Below, piece by piece: positions 39,582 through 54,406 of a stretch of 64,000 nucleotides of DNA. Numbering within the stretch: position 1 is the first letter of the stretch; every line of letters starts with the position of its first letter. The notes below the pieces were generated by a model. It saw only the letters and a list, made by a program, of their open reading frames with translations. It was not told the origin of the DNA and ran no database searches. This stretch comes from Catajapyx aquilonaris. Lineage: Eukaryota. The stretch covers positions 1 through 64,000 of the forward strand of contig JYFJ02001569.1 in NCBI GenBank assembly GCA_000934665.2, given 5' to 3'. The position numbers and the translations under genes were made by a program.

Positions 39582-39920
39582 TTTTTTTTCCATTGCCCCA
39601 CAGGGGGAGCTACCTACTCCTTAGGGGGGGGGGGAGGGTGGATTACCACCATTGGGATTTATTTGGAGCTAGTTAAGATCTTATTAGTTACTCCAAGGGT
39701 AGGTAGGAGGGGATGTGCAAAGTGCATGTGCGCTGTCGTTGAGTGGTCATTTTGTGAACTCCCCCGGGTGGATTAGTTTTTAGGAAATTTCCACCCGAAA
39801 TGAAGCCAGAGATGGCCCAACTCTGCACAGATAAAGGTGGGAACCCCGGGTGGGGATTGAACCCGGGACCTTCATATCCGTGGGCGCACGCGTTACCGCG
39901 ACGCCACTTCATCTCCCCTC
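39582..39920 (-). mobile_element. tRNA-derived SINE, family 1, copy B (poly-A tail type)
   Basis: The reverse complement is near-identical to 4256-4590 over its full length. Possible TSD TTTCTGA (39575-39581 / 39921-39927). Confidence 0.9.
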
Positions 39921-42129
39921 TTTCTGAATATTTATTACATACATTAATAAATTACCATTTTACAATTTAATTATTACAAATTGACCGGAAAAAACCCGGA
40001 CACCATCCTATCTACCTATTACACCTTCCATCATCCTCCTAGCAGGCTCTACAGTGCTTGCTGGAGGCCTATACTACTGCATTATTGCAGTGTAATAATG
40101 TATATAATTATTATACAGACCTAGCTGTGATACCGGTACGTTTCATGCAGGATCATTAAGATAACTTATGTTATAGAGTTCAAAGAAGGATACTTGTGTG
40201 CGCTTGTGTGGCTATTTACCCATGCGGATCCTAATTTTATCACTCGCAAGTTTATTGGACGAATGAAGCTTATTGGTGCTGGCATCACATTAAACGAGAG
40301 ATTAGTTGATCAAATTTTGTGATTTTTGATCGAGAGCCAAAATCACATGTAATATTTCTACTCATTTTCAATCTGCGTCATATTGATAACCCTTGTAGTA
40401 CTGGATGTCAGTAAAGTCAATGGACACAGCAGCAGGAGTAATATTTCAAGGTTTCTGACACGTGAAAGATCTGAACTAACACAAGCGTGTTTAATCGACC
40501 TATAAACAACATAACGAAACATAAATGTTGAGGTACCGGTACCATCATGCGCACACTATTCAGAATTATTAAATAATTATTTGTTGAATAGGAAGGACAC
40601 TCGAGATGTTTTACGCAAAATGTGAACACTTGACTTTTAAGAGCGGTTCAGTGAATCTGGAAATATTCTAGAAAAACTCTTTCCTGCTACAAGTTCCAGA
40701 TCAGCGACTTGAACTCTTGGCACTTTGTGTCAAAAAATAGCTTCACTGACCCAAGTTCTTATCAACGCAGCCGTGATGACCTCTAGAGAATTCTTAGCCG
40801 AGAGTTTATCTAGTCTCTAAACACATGCAAGGACATGACAATATGTAAATGTGCTGGAAAATGAGATGTCAGCAGAAAACTCATTTGAAAGTTACTTGTG
40901 GTAATCAAATTATATCGGGATGAGAATTAACTCATTAAAATTTCTTAGCAATCTTGCAGCTTTCAGTGTATAGAGTATTATCGCATAAAATTAGATGCAG
41001 CAGCCTACCATAAATAGTTGCTCCAAGATTTTTAAAGACAGTTTACTTATCAGATATGATTAATGTTCTGCAAGTTCAATGTCTATTGCTCATATTTATC
41101 CAAACATTTGCAAATTTTTTTTACACTTTGACACTCTTGTCTCCAGAATATTCACACAATGTCAAGGTCATTATGCTCGGCAACGCAAAGGCTAATCCCG
41201 TGCTATTAATATTTATCATTTATGCATCCTATACCAAACACTTTGGTTTTTATATTTACCATTAAATGCTCTTCACCTTGAATTTCATCTATTTCGTATA
41301 ACGAATGTCTCAGTATACATACCGAGTGCCCGATTAAAAATATTAAAAGCCTCACATATACAGAGTGTATAGAGTGTACTGTACCAGCATTGCTGAAGTT
41401 TGATTTGTGTTTCATTTTTTCTGCGCATAAGCACAGGAATCTGTGGATTCAACATCATATATGTACGCCTATTTGTCACCATGTATGGAATCCCATCCAG
41501 GGCTGTGTAGATTTCTGGCATTTTCAGCGACAATAATTGGTGAACACAAAATAGATGTTCGGTGTGTTCTCCATGTTAGAAGCCGACGATCCCCATGATT
41601 GTGGAGAGTCTGTGACACATGTGATAATACTCAAACACCAATGCCTCGTTCCTCGATTGTTACAAAATTGTCTCAGTTAAGGAAAATAATTTCCGACGAA
41701 TGTCAGATCCAAGATCCCTTTGGCATGCAGGACTCTGAATTACTAATCGAAGTGACACAATTTTACTACATTACTGCTGTTCTATCTGTGATGTCAAGTA
41801 CATGTTCCAGCATGTGCCCACCAACACGCAAACCTCCACAAATTGCACCTATATGTCATGATGTATTTTGCATATTTTATTTACACTTCCAAATTCGCCA
41901 ATAATAAACTAGGTAAACTTACTTTCCCACCCGTCTTATAGAGTATCATATCAACTTGCATATCAACTCCTCAAAATTTTCATATCCATGATATAATTGT
42001 TTCTGCAAATGCAGTAGGCTACTGTAATGGGTATGCAGAGTGAACTGAGCTTGGAAGCTTTAGGTAAGGTTAAACGGGAATGACCCCCAAAAATGCAAGC
42101 ATATACTGTCTTCTAACTTCTCTGGGATA

Positions 42130-42420
42130 GAGTTGGGTTGACAGGCATCGCGGAAGGAGGGAGGGTGAGTGGTGGCTGGGGGCAGTGGCTGTGTCGCAAA
42201 AATGGAGCAGGCAGGCTCAAGGATAGGCGTGTATCAGCTGAAGATAGGTCTGTATCCGCAAGGAAGGAAGGTTAGGTTAGGTTGGGTTGGGTTGGTACAG
42301 CATACCCCTTCCCAAATCCAAAAAATCAATACTTGCATCCTTGCGTTTGCGACACCGCCACTGCCCCCGGCCACTACTCACCCGAGGTACTGCCTTCCGC
42401 GATGCCTGTCAACCCTACTC
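42130..42420. mobile_element. MITE with ~70-bp imperfect TIRs and internal (AGGTT/GGGTT)n
   Basis: GAGTTGGGTTGACAGGCATCGCGGAAGG...GGGGCAGTGGC.GTGTCGCAAA is mirrored by TTTGCGACAC.GCCACTGCCCC...CCTTCCGCGATGCCTGTCAACCCTACTC. Confidence 0.8.
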
Positions 42421-45400
42421 CTTCCCTTCTCTGTATTCCAACTGACCTCTTGGGTACACCAAACAAGATCAGGAAAGCACTATTCCCTCCCAAAAGGGAC
42501 GGGGTACGGCTTTGCAATCAAAAGACAACAAAAGTGAAATAAATGCGGCTCAATAAAATGGTCTCTTACAGAATTTTCATTGAGTAGCCAGCAATATAAA
42601 AATTCTCATCATAGAAGAGAGAAAAAAAAAAAATTTAGACTAGACAGTGATGCCTTCTTTCATAATGGTCATGAACAGTATAGGCTATAGTACTGACACG
42701 AGAAAAAAAGTATTAGGGAAAAAGTATAGCTTACTGTATTACGAGAAACAGAAACAATAACAACGACGACAACGACGATGATAACAATAATAACATTTAC
42801 CTGTGAGGGGTGTGGTACGTCACTCTTCGTTTGATCCTAATGGAAATGCTAGTTTTTTAAAGAGGTGATGAAGAGTGGGCTAGAAGTCACTCGTTTACTA
42901 CGCCTCTCTTGTGTTTCGTGAGAGTTACATTATCATTCATCTAGTAAATTATTAACTACAGGGAATCCCTTTATTAGCTATTTCAACCACACATGTGCTG
43001 CTTTCAGCTTAATTGTAATTATTCCCAAAAAATGAAGTCTTCTCATATGCTCCCGTTATTCAACAAAATGAAAATTATTCTGTCTTTATTTAAGTGATGT
43101 GTTATTCCCCCGCACTCAAATCCTGCAGATATATCCAGTTTTAACTGCGAATTTCCACATTCAACAAGATGTCAGAGAGTGTCAGTGTGTCCCTCTTGGG
43201 AGATAATGAGAGTGTATAGGGACTGCTTCTGTCGCGTGACACAGACATCATTAAAACGACTGCTGTCATGTCGTCTCCAAAGCTTACAACACGGCTCTTG
43301 AAAGGATGATGAATAGTGCTGTTGCTGGCCTAATGTTTCCTATCAGTTTTTTTAATATAGAACGGAGACCCCTAGCCTAGTCCTTTGGATGATTTCGTAA
43401 ACCGCCCATATTGATTTCCTTGCTAGACGGAGGCCATATAGTCCTATTAAGAGATATAATTACATGCCCATGTACGTCAGAGATCAAAGGTAACGGATGT
43501 TTATATCTCAAGAGATTTGTGTAGAGTTTCTGTATTTGGACATGGTCCAGTTTTTCGGTTTTAATTTGTCTCCAACGCTGGTTTCTGTTGCATAGGATCA
43601 TTTGGCGTCGGGATGTCTAAGAATATGATTGTGTAGCCCCCAATCATTTCACGAAGTGGCAACACATGAGCCGAATGCAATATTTACAGTGTTGCTGCGA
43701 AACGCGCCGGATCTTTGTCTTCATATAGTACAGTATCTTATGGCACATTGCAATATGTGTGCTGACCGTGGTGCTGACAAACTAGAGTAGCGGCTCATCC
43801 ATTGTTGTCAAAATAGCCGCCAGTTTCCTTTTTAAAATTTGTAAAACGTCCTGCATAAGGCCTAGATATGCGGGATTGGTTGACTCATTCAAAAAAAATC
43901 CGTTTCACCATTGTTCCCATAGCCATTATCCCACCAAATGGAGCAGAGGAAACAATACAGGTTTTGTCTTCGACCATGCAGAACTTACAGTCGTATACAT
44001 CAGCATAGAAAATCCTATGTTGACTCTTAAGTCAGCCTACCGGAAGTGTCGGCGATTATCACTCGCCTTGTCAACAATAAAAAGGGGGAGGGGGGGAGGA
44101 CCAGCATCTTTTTCTGATAGATTATATTGTATAGCCTAATAGTTAATACAGCAACTCAGTTCAACATTTATACAGAGTGTTCCAAATGAATGTCCGTAGT
44201 GATTAGCACATTTTTGGCACTAAGCTGCTTATTTTTAAGCAGGTGAATTTGCAGTTATTTTTAATGGCCATCAAAATTGTTAGCTGCTAATATTAGGTTG
44301 AGTGGACATGCATATTTTTAAAAGCCTGCAAGTGTGTATATGGTCTGCCAAAAATAGGTTACCGTAATTCATTGACTTTCGATGCCAATTATTCCAATGA
44401 GCCATTACCGATCGGTATACATTGCCCTTTAGAGCTTGAAAGATGATTTAATCCAGCATAATATATAGTAGCAACTAATACCTATTGGGAATACAGTATT
44501 AGGAAAATCTCATCTTTAGCCGTACTGGGAATGGCTACATTTTATTACAATATGGGTATACTGTGCGTATATAGTTTGAGCAGTTTTCATCATAATTATG
44601 GAGGATGTACACATGTGAAAGCCCATGTCTTTGATGTCACTCGGTGTCACTGCCCGTGCAGATTGATTGGGATCGATATTGATTTGTAAGATTCTTCATA
44701 GGATTTTCTTTCAATATATAGTTTACCCCAATAGAGGTTGTGGAAGACATCAACCCTGATGACCCGCGAGCAAAAAGTTGCCATAACAAGTGATGGTGAG
44801 TGCCAAATCAGAATCTGAGTATAAATTGCAAATTGTCAGTAAATACTGAGCTGTTTATACCGGTACGTATGAATTTTGAGGTACATTTTTGTTCATGGCA
44901 TGTTATAGTGTACTTGTACACTCATAGGCTCATTTACAAATGAGCAGAGTCATTAGCCGTATAATCGGATGTGCATCTCGATTTCCTTGTATAGAACGAG
45001 AAAAAAAAACGTTATCTGCTGCAGATGAACTTGTAAAGCCCTTGGCATGATTCAAAAATGCGGAATTTTACTTACTGATGCCATGCCAATGTCGTATAAA
45101 TGAAATGCTTAGCAAGATGGAGAACACATACCGTAATAATTATGCAGAAATTGCGGCAGTGCCCCCCTCCCCAGCCACTATTTAATTATTAAATTTTTAT
45201 TATTTAAATTTTTTTAAGAAGATCAGAACGCATGATTGTATTCTAGACACCTCCGAACCGTTTATTCCTTAACGAAAGCGGGCAATCCTATACATGACAA
45301 CTCTTGTAAGAGAGATATTATAAGGAAGGAAGCGAGATCTTGTCATTTTATAAACAAACCATCAAAAAATATTATTCTAGGAGCGACAGTACGAAACTAC

Positions 45401-46376
45401 ATAAAATTCTAATCAGGATGCTGTCTGCACTCTGTATAGTTAGAGGATCAAACCCTGGACTTCCTCAATGACCATCAAGATAAACAATAATTATTCAATC
45501 ACTCCTTAATAATTCACCAGAATTTGACGTCATATCTTCCGTGATGTACTGTACAGTACTGTACCTGCATATAATGTAATGTAGTCTACTCACATTGTGT
45601 CGTTAATCGGGGCGATTCAATTCCGTTATTCAAATAACGTAATATTGGTTAGAAAAATAATTCAAACAGGGCGTCATTCTAAATTCAATTTATACAAAAG
45701 GGGCATACTGTATTTGAAGTGTGCCCGTGTAGTGTACACTGCACATCTTTAGAATTAATTGCGGAAGTCCATAAGAACGACTGCTAATCACGTGCAGTAT
45801 AAGTGTAGGCATATTATTTTCCTTGATATGTCATGTGGCTCCCCTGCACACTCTCTAGCATCTAGCTCATATATTGCAGTGGCCATGCCCATATCTGATA
45901 ATAATATAAGAGGAGCTTAACTACAGCAACTATTTTCATATTCCGCGAGTCTTAGTTTACATAACCATATATGCAAGTTGCCCCCCTCACGGCTGCAAAA
46001 TGTCACCGCAACAAGGTTACAAAGTCAACATTCTCCGAACGGCGAATACAGTGTTGAGCCTCGTCTGATAACAGAGCGTTATCAATATTCTGGTGCAAAT
46101 CAGGGGAAAAGGGTGCAATTCTGGTCACGATGTCACCAATAACAGATGCAAACACGGTTCAACCACAAATCCACACTAAGTTAATTATACTTTGTATCTT
46201 TCTGCAGAGTTGGAGTTTCTCTGGCAGAGTGATTCTGTTTGATGGGCATTGCATCACCCTCAAGTCTTGGAAAGTTTGCCTCTAGAAGGCTAGATAAATA
46301 TTGTAGCAAGATATACTGTACTATACGTGTATATAGTTAAAGAGGGAGGTACTGTATGAAAGTTGATCGAGAAATA

Positions 46377-46574
46377 CAGGGTGTTCCAAGTTCGTGGGTA
46401 ATTTTTAGTTATCACTGATATCGCACAAAGTAGTTATTTTTGTGTAGCCTGTTGCGCCCCGAACCAGATGCTATATTACTCCCAGATGGTCGAATAGGGG
46501 CACATAAGCTACCAAAAAAAGTTTCAAGCGAAATTTCCTATAACTAAAAGGCCCCACGAACTTGGAATACCCTG
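46377..46574. mobile_element. Tc1/mariner-type MITE (TA-flanked, 22-bp TIRs)
   Basis: TA|CAGGGTGTTCCAAGTTCGTGGG ... CCCACGAACTTGGAATACCCTG|TA, with 1 mismatch. Confidence 0.85.
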
Positions 46575-49500
46575 TACATGTCTTACGAAAACATATGACT
46601 CTATATATAATTGTCAGTACTATTCCAGAGTGCAGTAAAATCTGCCGCTTCATTCCGCAAATATTTTCCAAATATTTGACATCATTTACGACAAAATACA
46701 GGCATACCCCAGTCACAAATTGAATTTTGACTCAAAATATTAATCTACCCAATTAATTATTAACTATCATTAACTCGAAAGCAAACAAAACGGCGGTGTC
46801 AACATGACTCCTTTGCTCATTCACACGCAACGTTCGTTATTCCTAGCCACGATGAAACTTCAAAGGCGCTTGTGAAATGACGTGTGAAGACACCCCGAGT
46901 GAAATGTCGCCATGTCTCGCTGTCCATTTCCGAGGCCTGTTCACACAGCTGTACATTACTCCAGGTATCGGTATAGTTGGACTCCTTGAAGGAAGAAGTG
47001 GGGTTGGGATGGTGGGTGGGTATGGAAGTAAGGGGGAGGGAAGAGGTGGTGGGGAGATGGGATCGTGGTATTGTAAGCGAGCCAAAAAATCCCAACGACT
47101 CGTGTTTTCTTGGAGAGGAATCAGAGTTGCAAATTTTCGCCGACGTAATTACAGCGCTGGGGCCACGCTGAGGCCAACATTTACATTGTTCGCTTCGGCC
47201 AAATAGCAAACATCCGTCGCTTGCACTCATCTGTAGACGTAAATTTAGGTCGGCCCCCAGCTCTTCCCCAGTCCCCAGACGAACCGGATTATTTGCATCC
47301 CCCCACCCGTTTCTAAAGGGGGGGCGGTAGGATGCTGTGTCCCAACCACCGCCCCAAAATTGCAGCCTAATTACGCCCAGCAGCCACCCAGAGCATATAT
47401 TACTTTTACCCCAAAGGATTCCTAAACATCCATTTCATTGGCATTGGAAAACTCACCAGACATAAATTATTTGGTGTGTATGTCACTCTGTCTTTCTCCC
47501 CTTTTTTTGGTGCAGCAAACCGGAGCGAATTCGGGAGCTAATTAAGTGCTTGCTGTCTGCATGTGGAAATGTCTACATGTTAATTTGGGGTTATGTTAAA
47601 GTGCTGGTTGTGGCATCTCGTAATTATGCTGTAATGGTATATAGGGCTGTAAACAACAAATGCAAACAATCAATGTTTTCTCAAGTCCAAGAGGAATTTC
47701 AATTGGACCTTTGCAGAAAATTGGGCGCTGCTGTTTGTGTAATCTGAAAAATCCACTGAGGGTCGTGTGGAACGAATTACAACATCGCATTTTAGGATGT
47801 CCGTTATGATGATACTTCCAAACTAGTTTATTGCCACAGGTTTACTTTTTAAAATGTAATTGCGCAAATAAGCTCAAAAGAAACATGAGCTTATCTGTAG
47901 TCTGCATGCATTCCAAAATATTTTTGCGAGTAAATACGTCCGCTCATATAGGTTAATATGTTCTGCTTTCTAGAAAACAGCTAATTAAGCCGTGTTCTTT
48001 CATGTTGGACAACCATGTATACTCCAGTTGTATTCGAGGAGAAAATATTGCTCTACATTTATCCCATCTTTCGCCGACAAGTTAATTCTTCAATTCTGAA
48101 GAAGCCAATTCTACTTGTAATTTTTCCTCATGCGCCATGCTCATATAAATAAGGCCTGATGGTGAATAAATTGCGGCAGAGCATATCAATCGCATCCAGT
48201 GTTTGGCATATATTGAAAGGCATGCTCGTAAATAGAGCAAGTTCAGTCGTGAAATTGTGTATCGCGTCGCGGCTCAGCTAATGTGAAACATCATAATTAT
48301 TAGGAGGAACCATAAGAGCACTCATATGATTGCTTGTGAAAAGTAGAAAATATGGAGTAATATTATTCTCAAAACTAATATCACGTCAGGCCGATACAAT
48401 CTTCGTCACATAATAATGACTATATTCCTCTTTGGGGGAAGAAAGCATGATCAATGTTGTGTGTGTGTGTTATTTTTTTGCATCTGAGATGTTTTTCCTA
48501 CACTTTTCTTCCTAAAGTAGGATTTTAAAATCTATGTCAGCTAATTTTTAAATACACACGAAGGTTATTAAAGTGAACCCTACAAATCTGAAAATTCGGT
48601 TGTATTATTTTGTATTATATTTCTCCATAAATATTGTACAGCAATGACCTACAGAGTTGATCGGGATAAATGTAGTCTCACTTTTTAAATTAGTCTATTT
48701 GTTCTGCCATTTTCAGCACTGAATAATTATGCAGGCACGTATTGACATCTCATGCGGTATCACAATGTCACAATTATCGCAATTCTATGGCACAATGGAC
48801 AAAGGAAATATTGCACACATATAGTGGTGCTTGTTATCAATGATATAAACAAAAATCAAAGTAGGCCTATGTCCGCCTAAACTGTTCAATCCACGTAGAT
48901 TGTACAGAATGAATGATTTGATTATACTGTATATGATTGATGATTTTCTGGCATTTCCTAAAATATCAATTTTTACGTTTTGTCAGTTTTATACTCACAA
49001 AAAAATTATGCTCACTGGTTTCGCTATATACGAGGCAGCGGGCGTACAAATACAGAACGAAATTTTATCAATCTTATGATATAATATTAGGGTCGCAAAA
49101 GAAAGACAAAAAATCAATTTCACTTCAAAAGTGCTACTTAAGGATTCACATTCATATACCTATATTTATGATGCGGGGTTATTTCATTTGCAATCAATGT
49201 AGACCACTTGTAAATAACACAAAAGTAGCACTCTAAAGTCATGAACTTATTCAGAATACCAAATCAAATATCAATTTTACAGGATGTTCTTCCCCAAGTA
49301 GACGGTTCAAAAAGGGGAGCGAGTTGATGGATTTGTCATCCCTGCGGCGATGTAAACAAAGTCGGCGGCCATCTTTCAGTGCAGTTGCGCCAAACATTAT
49401 GCCGAGTCGGGACAAGAGTTCGAATACGGACGAGGGGGTTGATTACCAATCAATTCTCCTCCTCTGTTTCTCCCCTCCCCTCCTCCTTCGAACTGTCAAC

Positions 49501-52500
49501 TTGGTCAGTGAAACAGTATATTCACTCCGTTCATTCTCACATCTGTTTTTATCTGTTCATATATGGCTGTAAAAAGTAGAGATATTCCGTTGCACATAAT
49601 ATCATGAACCTAAAGGAAGTGCTGGAGATATTTTCAAACATTCTCCGAATTTTACACTATTGAATATTCAGGTTTTGTGGGGAGATACGGAAATATCATG
49701 TATCTCATACCTAATTACTGTGTGTTTCAGTATTTGTAAACATCCACATATAATTATGTGAAACGGATTTCTATTTTTTCTGTGAACCGCCACAATTTTA
49801 GAGCGGGAAGTTCTTCCAAATAACGTACAAGCTGAAGAGGTGAAGCCTTGGGTGAAACTCATCAAAACTGAAACGATCTCTACCAATACGGATGCGTCTA
49901 AAGTCTAAAACACACGGTAAGTGACATATATTAGTATAGCCTGAGCCTCTCAGTATAACCTCTATAGCATCACCATATAGGCCTAAAAGCTACTTTATAG
50001 AAGGTTATTGCTAAAGGCTAACTAAAACGGACGCCTCAACTGGATCACTAGGACACCTAAGAAGTATTTTCACGTAAACCAGCATTTACGTTATTATAAT
50101 AATCTGATCACACTTGCCAACAAAATTATTCTTACTATCGCTAGAAAGTATACGACTTATTTCCTTCTTGCATGCCACAAATATTTTGCCGAATATTTTG
50201 CATATCCTCAGTTATCGTACCCCGATTTCTCGGCGGCGAACCACAGCATCAAGATCCGGGAGAGCAATAGTTCATTTTCTGTTAAAAGCCAGATCCTGAT
50301 GCCCCCCGCCTTATCTGAATGCGACCGACTCCGGATTACCCGCCGCAAAAATCGAGGGCGATGATGTTAGAAAAGATGCAGAGTTGTCACAAGCACATTT
50401 TCCAGAAGGTATACCAAGGAAATTGCCATATAGGAAAGGCATGACCCTGCATCTTGCCTTCTATATAACAGAAGATGAGCTCAGTATTGTCTGTGGTGCA
50501 AAATTTCTCGGTTAATACTACGCCGTTCGTAAATCAAAATCAAGGTAGATGCTGTTTATATTTTTACGGGGTTTACGTTTGTTAGCTTTCTTTGTTAGAC
50601 AAAGAAAACTATAACACCTATAAGTTATAATTATGCGGCAGAGTAAGCTTATATCTCATTGGACTGATTGGAGTAAAGGACATCTTATAAACCTTTATGG
50701 GCGCATGTATATAAAACGGATATCAATTATTCTGATTTGCGCCGGTCTTTTATATGGACTCGTTATGTGAAGCCGCCGCGCCGATTCAATTATTTTAAGT
50801 TAAAATCACTGGAAAACATATAGGGCAGTATATATACACAGCATTATAAAGGACGCAATCTTATAGCTCATTTTTGCAAATGTCTGGCCAAAAACCGCAC
50901 AACTCCCTCAGTAACAAATAAATTATTAATGAAAATCCTTTAATCTTCGGTTTACGGCCAACTTAAGTTATATGCGCTGACCTCCTGTATAGGCCTATAT
51001 ACTTTCATGCAAGCGGTATACCGAAAATGCCGAAAAATAATCGGATTTGTAACCACCCGGCCGGTCTGATGGCATATGACAGAGACTATAGAATGCATTG
51101 CCATCAATGTACTATATCGCCCAAAAAGAGAGAGACGATTTTGCATTTGACTCAAGTGCAACTTGCACTTGAATCAAATGCCAATCGTCTCTATCTTTTT
51201 GAGCGATATAGTACACATAACCTATAACCACCGTAAAATTACATATATCGTGTCGGCACAACTTGTTTCCACTAAGTTTTTAGGTATCCTCTTATGGACC
51301 TCAGAATTTAGAAAACTGTAGTTATCTCCAAACTCCGACAATGCCGCCCCGGCAGCTCATCTGGCTGACACAGCGGGACGCATGCACGAGCATATAATAT
51401 GATCATAGTTTATTCTGACCAAACCGAAACCATTAAACTTCAAACCATATAGCTCTTATTGGCTTCAACTTACAAGTTAGTTATTCAAACTAGAAGTCTT
51501 CCGCATCTCCCGGAGAAAGAAAATGTCGACATTTCGGAAAAGCAGTATGGCAATTCTGCTGTGACTGATGTGCATGGACTGGCTGTTCATCAGAAATAAT
51601 AAATGTTTCCGACACAGTATAGCAGTTATAGGGCCGGTTGTACGGCTCTCGTGGTCTATCAAACACTGCATTTTTTTGCCTTGTTATTCAATTTTGCTTA
51701 AATGTTGCCAATAATATTAATGACATGGAAAAATAATGCATGCAATGCAACATGGACATCAGAGTAAACAGCAGTTTAAAAAAAAAGTTCGGTTACATTT
51801 TTATTACTGATGGGACTATCACATTTCGAAAAGAAATTTTCATTATTTGGTCATCAGATCACGCCTCTAATGAGACAAAGATAAAGGAGGACAAGTTTAT
51901 GTTTATGTAGCTTAAAATATTGCATAACATAAAAATGATAACGATGACGTTTCTATAAATAGCCCTGCAGATAGTAACTATTTACTCACATGAGACTACT
52001 CGCAATTGTTCATCTCATGCACGTTTTTATACATTCGGTACCTGGTACACAAAAGTCAGGGCGTGAGTTTTCGTCTTACTTCTAAAGTTAGGAGTAACGA
52101 TAGGCTATCCAATAGTTATTTTGTTTATTGTGGCAGAGAGTTACCAGGTACTCCTAATTTTAGAGGTGTAAATAAGACAGAATGTTCACCCTACATGTCA
52201 CTGACGGTTGTTAACGTCACTATATAAGCGACCCATGGCACCTGCATTGTGTCCCCCATCCTACAGGCTATGCATCCCCCAATGCCGGCAAAACAATACA
52301 CCCTCAATATGCAATACTCCAAATACATGGTCCATACCTCACCCATCTCTTCCGTTACACACAAGACGTCTCTAACCTTCTTGTTAACCCACAAGCACCC
52401 ACCAGCGATGACCTTCCTGTTATACCCACCAGCATCCACAAGCCCCATCCCAACAATACTACCTGCGCGCCTCCACATTCACCCGAAATGAAAACGTTTG

Positions 52501-52717
52501 ACTCCCCCCTCAAAAAAAAGTCACCAACATCGGGCCAACTCCAGTACCCAACATTTTGGCCCACTGTCCAAACCCCCCCCCCCCCCAAAAAAAAAAAAAC
52601 ATCCGCACAGACCTCCCGTTGTAAGATTCTCCATGCTCCATAACCCGTCACACAGAAGCATCCCAACACCCCACAACACCCCCCCTTCCCCCCCCCCTCT
52701 ATTGTTATACAACTTAC

Positions 52718-52721
52718 CCAT
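52718..52721 (-). CDS. Pax1/9: Predicted coding part (ATG G) of Pax1/9 exon 1
   Basis: The minus strand reads gagATGG|GTAAGT: a good Kozak context, a consensus donor and phase 1, matching the acceptor at 22385 (giving [13 protein letters not shown]). There is no upstream ATG back to ~52870 and a promoter-like region is adjacent. Inferred without transcript evidence. Confidence 0.65.
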
Positions 52722-52872
52722 CTCCTTGTCACCACTTGAATGTTGATTTTCCACTGTAGGTGTGGGGGGGTAAAAAAGGGTGTGTGGGTGGGTTAGATGC
52801 ACCCGCTATGTCACACTTGTCGGCTACCACTGTGCTTAGGTCTGTGCTGTTGCAAAGAGTAAGGGGGGCCGT

Positions 52873-53040
52873 GTCATATAGTTTCCAGGCCTATGGCGAC
52901 AGCATCCAACCATCGAGTATCGCCTCATCAGTTAGCTGAAGATAGGGCGCCGCGACCAATCGCGGCGGAGCGGGAGTTGGCGTGGTTATTACGAGCGTCG
53001 CGCTGATTCTTTTGGATTGGCTAAAGGAGGAGGCCAATCA
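52873..53040 (-). promoter_or_regulatory. Putative Pax1/9 core promoter
   Basis: CpG-rich segment with three CCAAT boxes (52956-52960, ATTGG 53016-53020, 53034-53038) and a TATA-like CTATATGA on the minus strand at ~52874-52881, about 150 bp upstream of the predicted ATG. Confidence 0.6.
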
Positions 53041-54406
53041 GGGAGCTGCAGGGTAGATGGGTGGAAAGACATGGCTGCGTTGTGGAAAGTCTTTCACGCC
53101 TGGCCGACTGGAAAATGCCTAGGCCTATACAACGGCACTCTCTGGGGGTTGGACGTGGTAGGGTTCCTTTATTGTCTTCGGAGGATGGCGCGTATTATTC
53201 GGAGAAATGTGCTGCGATTGGAGGGTGCTGCACGTGTTGAGAAATGCGACCAAGCGTTTTGTAAGGGTGAAGCAATGTTGCTTTTTTTATGAGGGGTGTT
53301 TAATAATTTAAATGCTAGCATTAGAAAACTGAGGCGTATCTCTTGACTCGAGGACTTTCCGTGTAGGTACCAAGCAGGAATATTTTGGTGTCCAACACCA
53401 TAACAATTCACCTTTTCATTTCTGCAAGTATAACTGTTTTCCCCTTTCCTCATATGAACCACTTAAAGATTGCCATGTTATTTTAATGAAAAGCACTCCT
53501 CGAATATTGCCTTGCACTGTTTAAACTATTGTTAAATATAGGATTAAACTCTTTAAAACTACGCGTCCATAAATTTGCATTTACGCTTCAATTGGATGGT
53601 GTACGGCCAGAGCGAACTAAGGACAAACTACTTTCGTGCCATTTTGATTTTATATTTGGCATGTGAACACAGTGGACCAAACTGCCACTAATTTTTTGCA
53701 CATAGTTTTTTTCGGCATGACATCATGGTCCAAATAACAAGGCAAAAGCATTGGCGTATAGGGAGAGACAAGTCGCTGACGTGTGATGCTGTGTATGCAC
53801 TGTACACCATGGTATACAATAAAATGCAGTGATTTCAGATTGCACTGCTCATATACACGTTATATTGATTTCAACATGCGTGTATGAGGTGAGAATGGCG
53901 AGGATTCTGCAAGAGTTCTGACCCTTGCTGATGAGTCGGAATGTCTGCATCATCAATTATCGGTGCGGTTGTGCCGAAAGTGTCTGGCAAACCAAATCAT
54001 GATGGTTACCCATTGTGTCGATGACATGGTGACCAATATTAGAATGATCATGTTTCATCGATTTAATGTTTGCAAAATGAGGTACTGCTAATGCTAATAC
54101 ACTCAGCGTGCATCAAGAATTGAATATTTGTCTTTGTAAATCGCGTGTATCTTGATTTTGCATATAATAATCTTCTCCGAGTCAGCAACGATGTTGGTGC
54201 TTGCTGATAAATCCCAAATGTCCAGTTACTTGTTAATTTGTCTTAAAAAGACAGTTCCTATACCCACTGCCCTCCTTTTCTGATAATTATAATGGATACG
54301 GCTATACTGAGGCACCAGTCATCGCTGGCTACTCCATGTCTGGGATTATGCCGTGATGTTATGAGTGAATGAATAATGGATACCTAAACGAGATAACTTA
54401 AGACGA

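Noticed and set aside
40680..41900. Coding-like composition, possibly a decayed transposase or viral insert
   Set aside because: Many stops and no motif I can recognise; needs tBLASTx.
52722..52802. In-frame N-terminal extension of exon 1 (MHLTHPH...)
   Set aside because: The ORF-track start at 52802 is GTG, not ATG, so this is treated as 5' UTR.
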